DNA of 57,773 nt, taken from NCBI GenBank assembly GCA_000388065.2, contig KB932202.1; one strand, given 5' to 3'. The stretch's first letter is position 1, and each line of letters begins with the position of its first letter. The notes below the pieces were generated by a model, which saw only the letters and a program-made list of their open reading frames with translations, had not been told where the DNA came from and made no database searches. The DNA is from Fonticula alba ATCC 38817 (taxonomy: Eukaryota; Protista; Nucleariida). A program made the position numbers and the translations under genes. Shown here piece after piece: positions 57,712-57,773 of the stretch.

Positions 57712-57773
<62 letters not shown>
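57690..57773 (-). CDS. Probable 3' end of a gene extending beyond the window: polyQ (>=24) then FQR*
   Basis: (CAG)n on the minus strand interrupted only by CAA, which is synonymous for Gln, ending CAA TTT CAG CGA TGA. A poly-Ser frame is also open. Confidence 0.5.

Noticed and set aside
1-57773. CRISPR arrays, rRNA, transposase or reverse-transcriptase ORFs, selenoprotein or readthrough signals
   Set aside because: None seen. The repeats are microsatellites, homopolymers or short tandem duplications without spacers, and I noticed no in-frame stops in the conserved exons I translated.

Overview
GC-rich (~65-70%), intron-dense eukaryotic nuclear DNA with seven N-gaps. It resembles Fonticula alba or a related holomycotan protist; this is an inference from base composition, poly-C/(CA)n/(CT)n introns and low-complexity-padded proteins, not a database result. 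The first ~7.4 kb has no recognisable gene. The rest holds, in order: NOL11/Utp8-like (-), YEATS2-like (+), a Pro/Ala/Ser-rich hypothetical gene (-), FIG4 (-), TBCE-like (+), tRNA-Ala(AGC) and tRNA-Thr(AGT), XPO7 (+), MIOS/SEA4 (+), GTF3C2/TFC6 (+), CDC40/PRP17 (-), SDHC (+) and the probable polyQ 3' end of a (-) gene. CDS coordinates are spans including introns, placed by eye. Best leads: (1) an orphan Pol III B-box in the TFC6/GTF3C2 promoter, echoing the yeast ETC6 autoregulatory site; (2) a C2H2 zinc finger spliced in frame into that same TFIIIC subunit; (3) a long hairpin beside the tRNA pair, with a T11 run after it on the minus strand; (4) a dominant GTRCGY splice-donor consensus with C-rich/(CA)n acceptors. 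The apparent duplication of the zinc-finger exon is an assembly artefact with an Illumina adapter at the junction. No CRISPR, rRNA or intact mobile element was seen.
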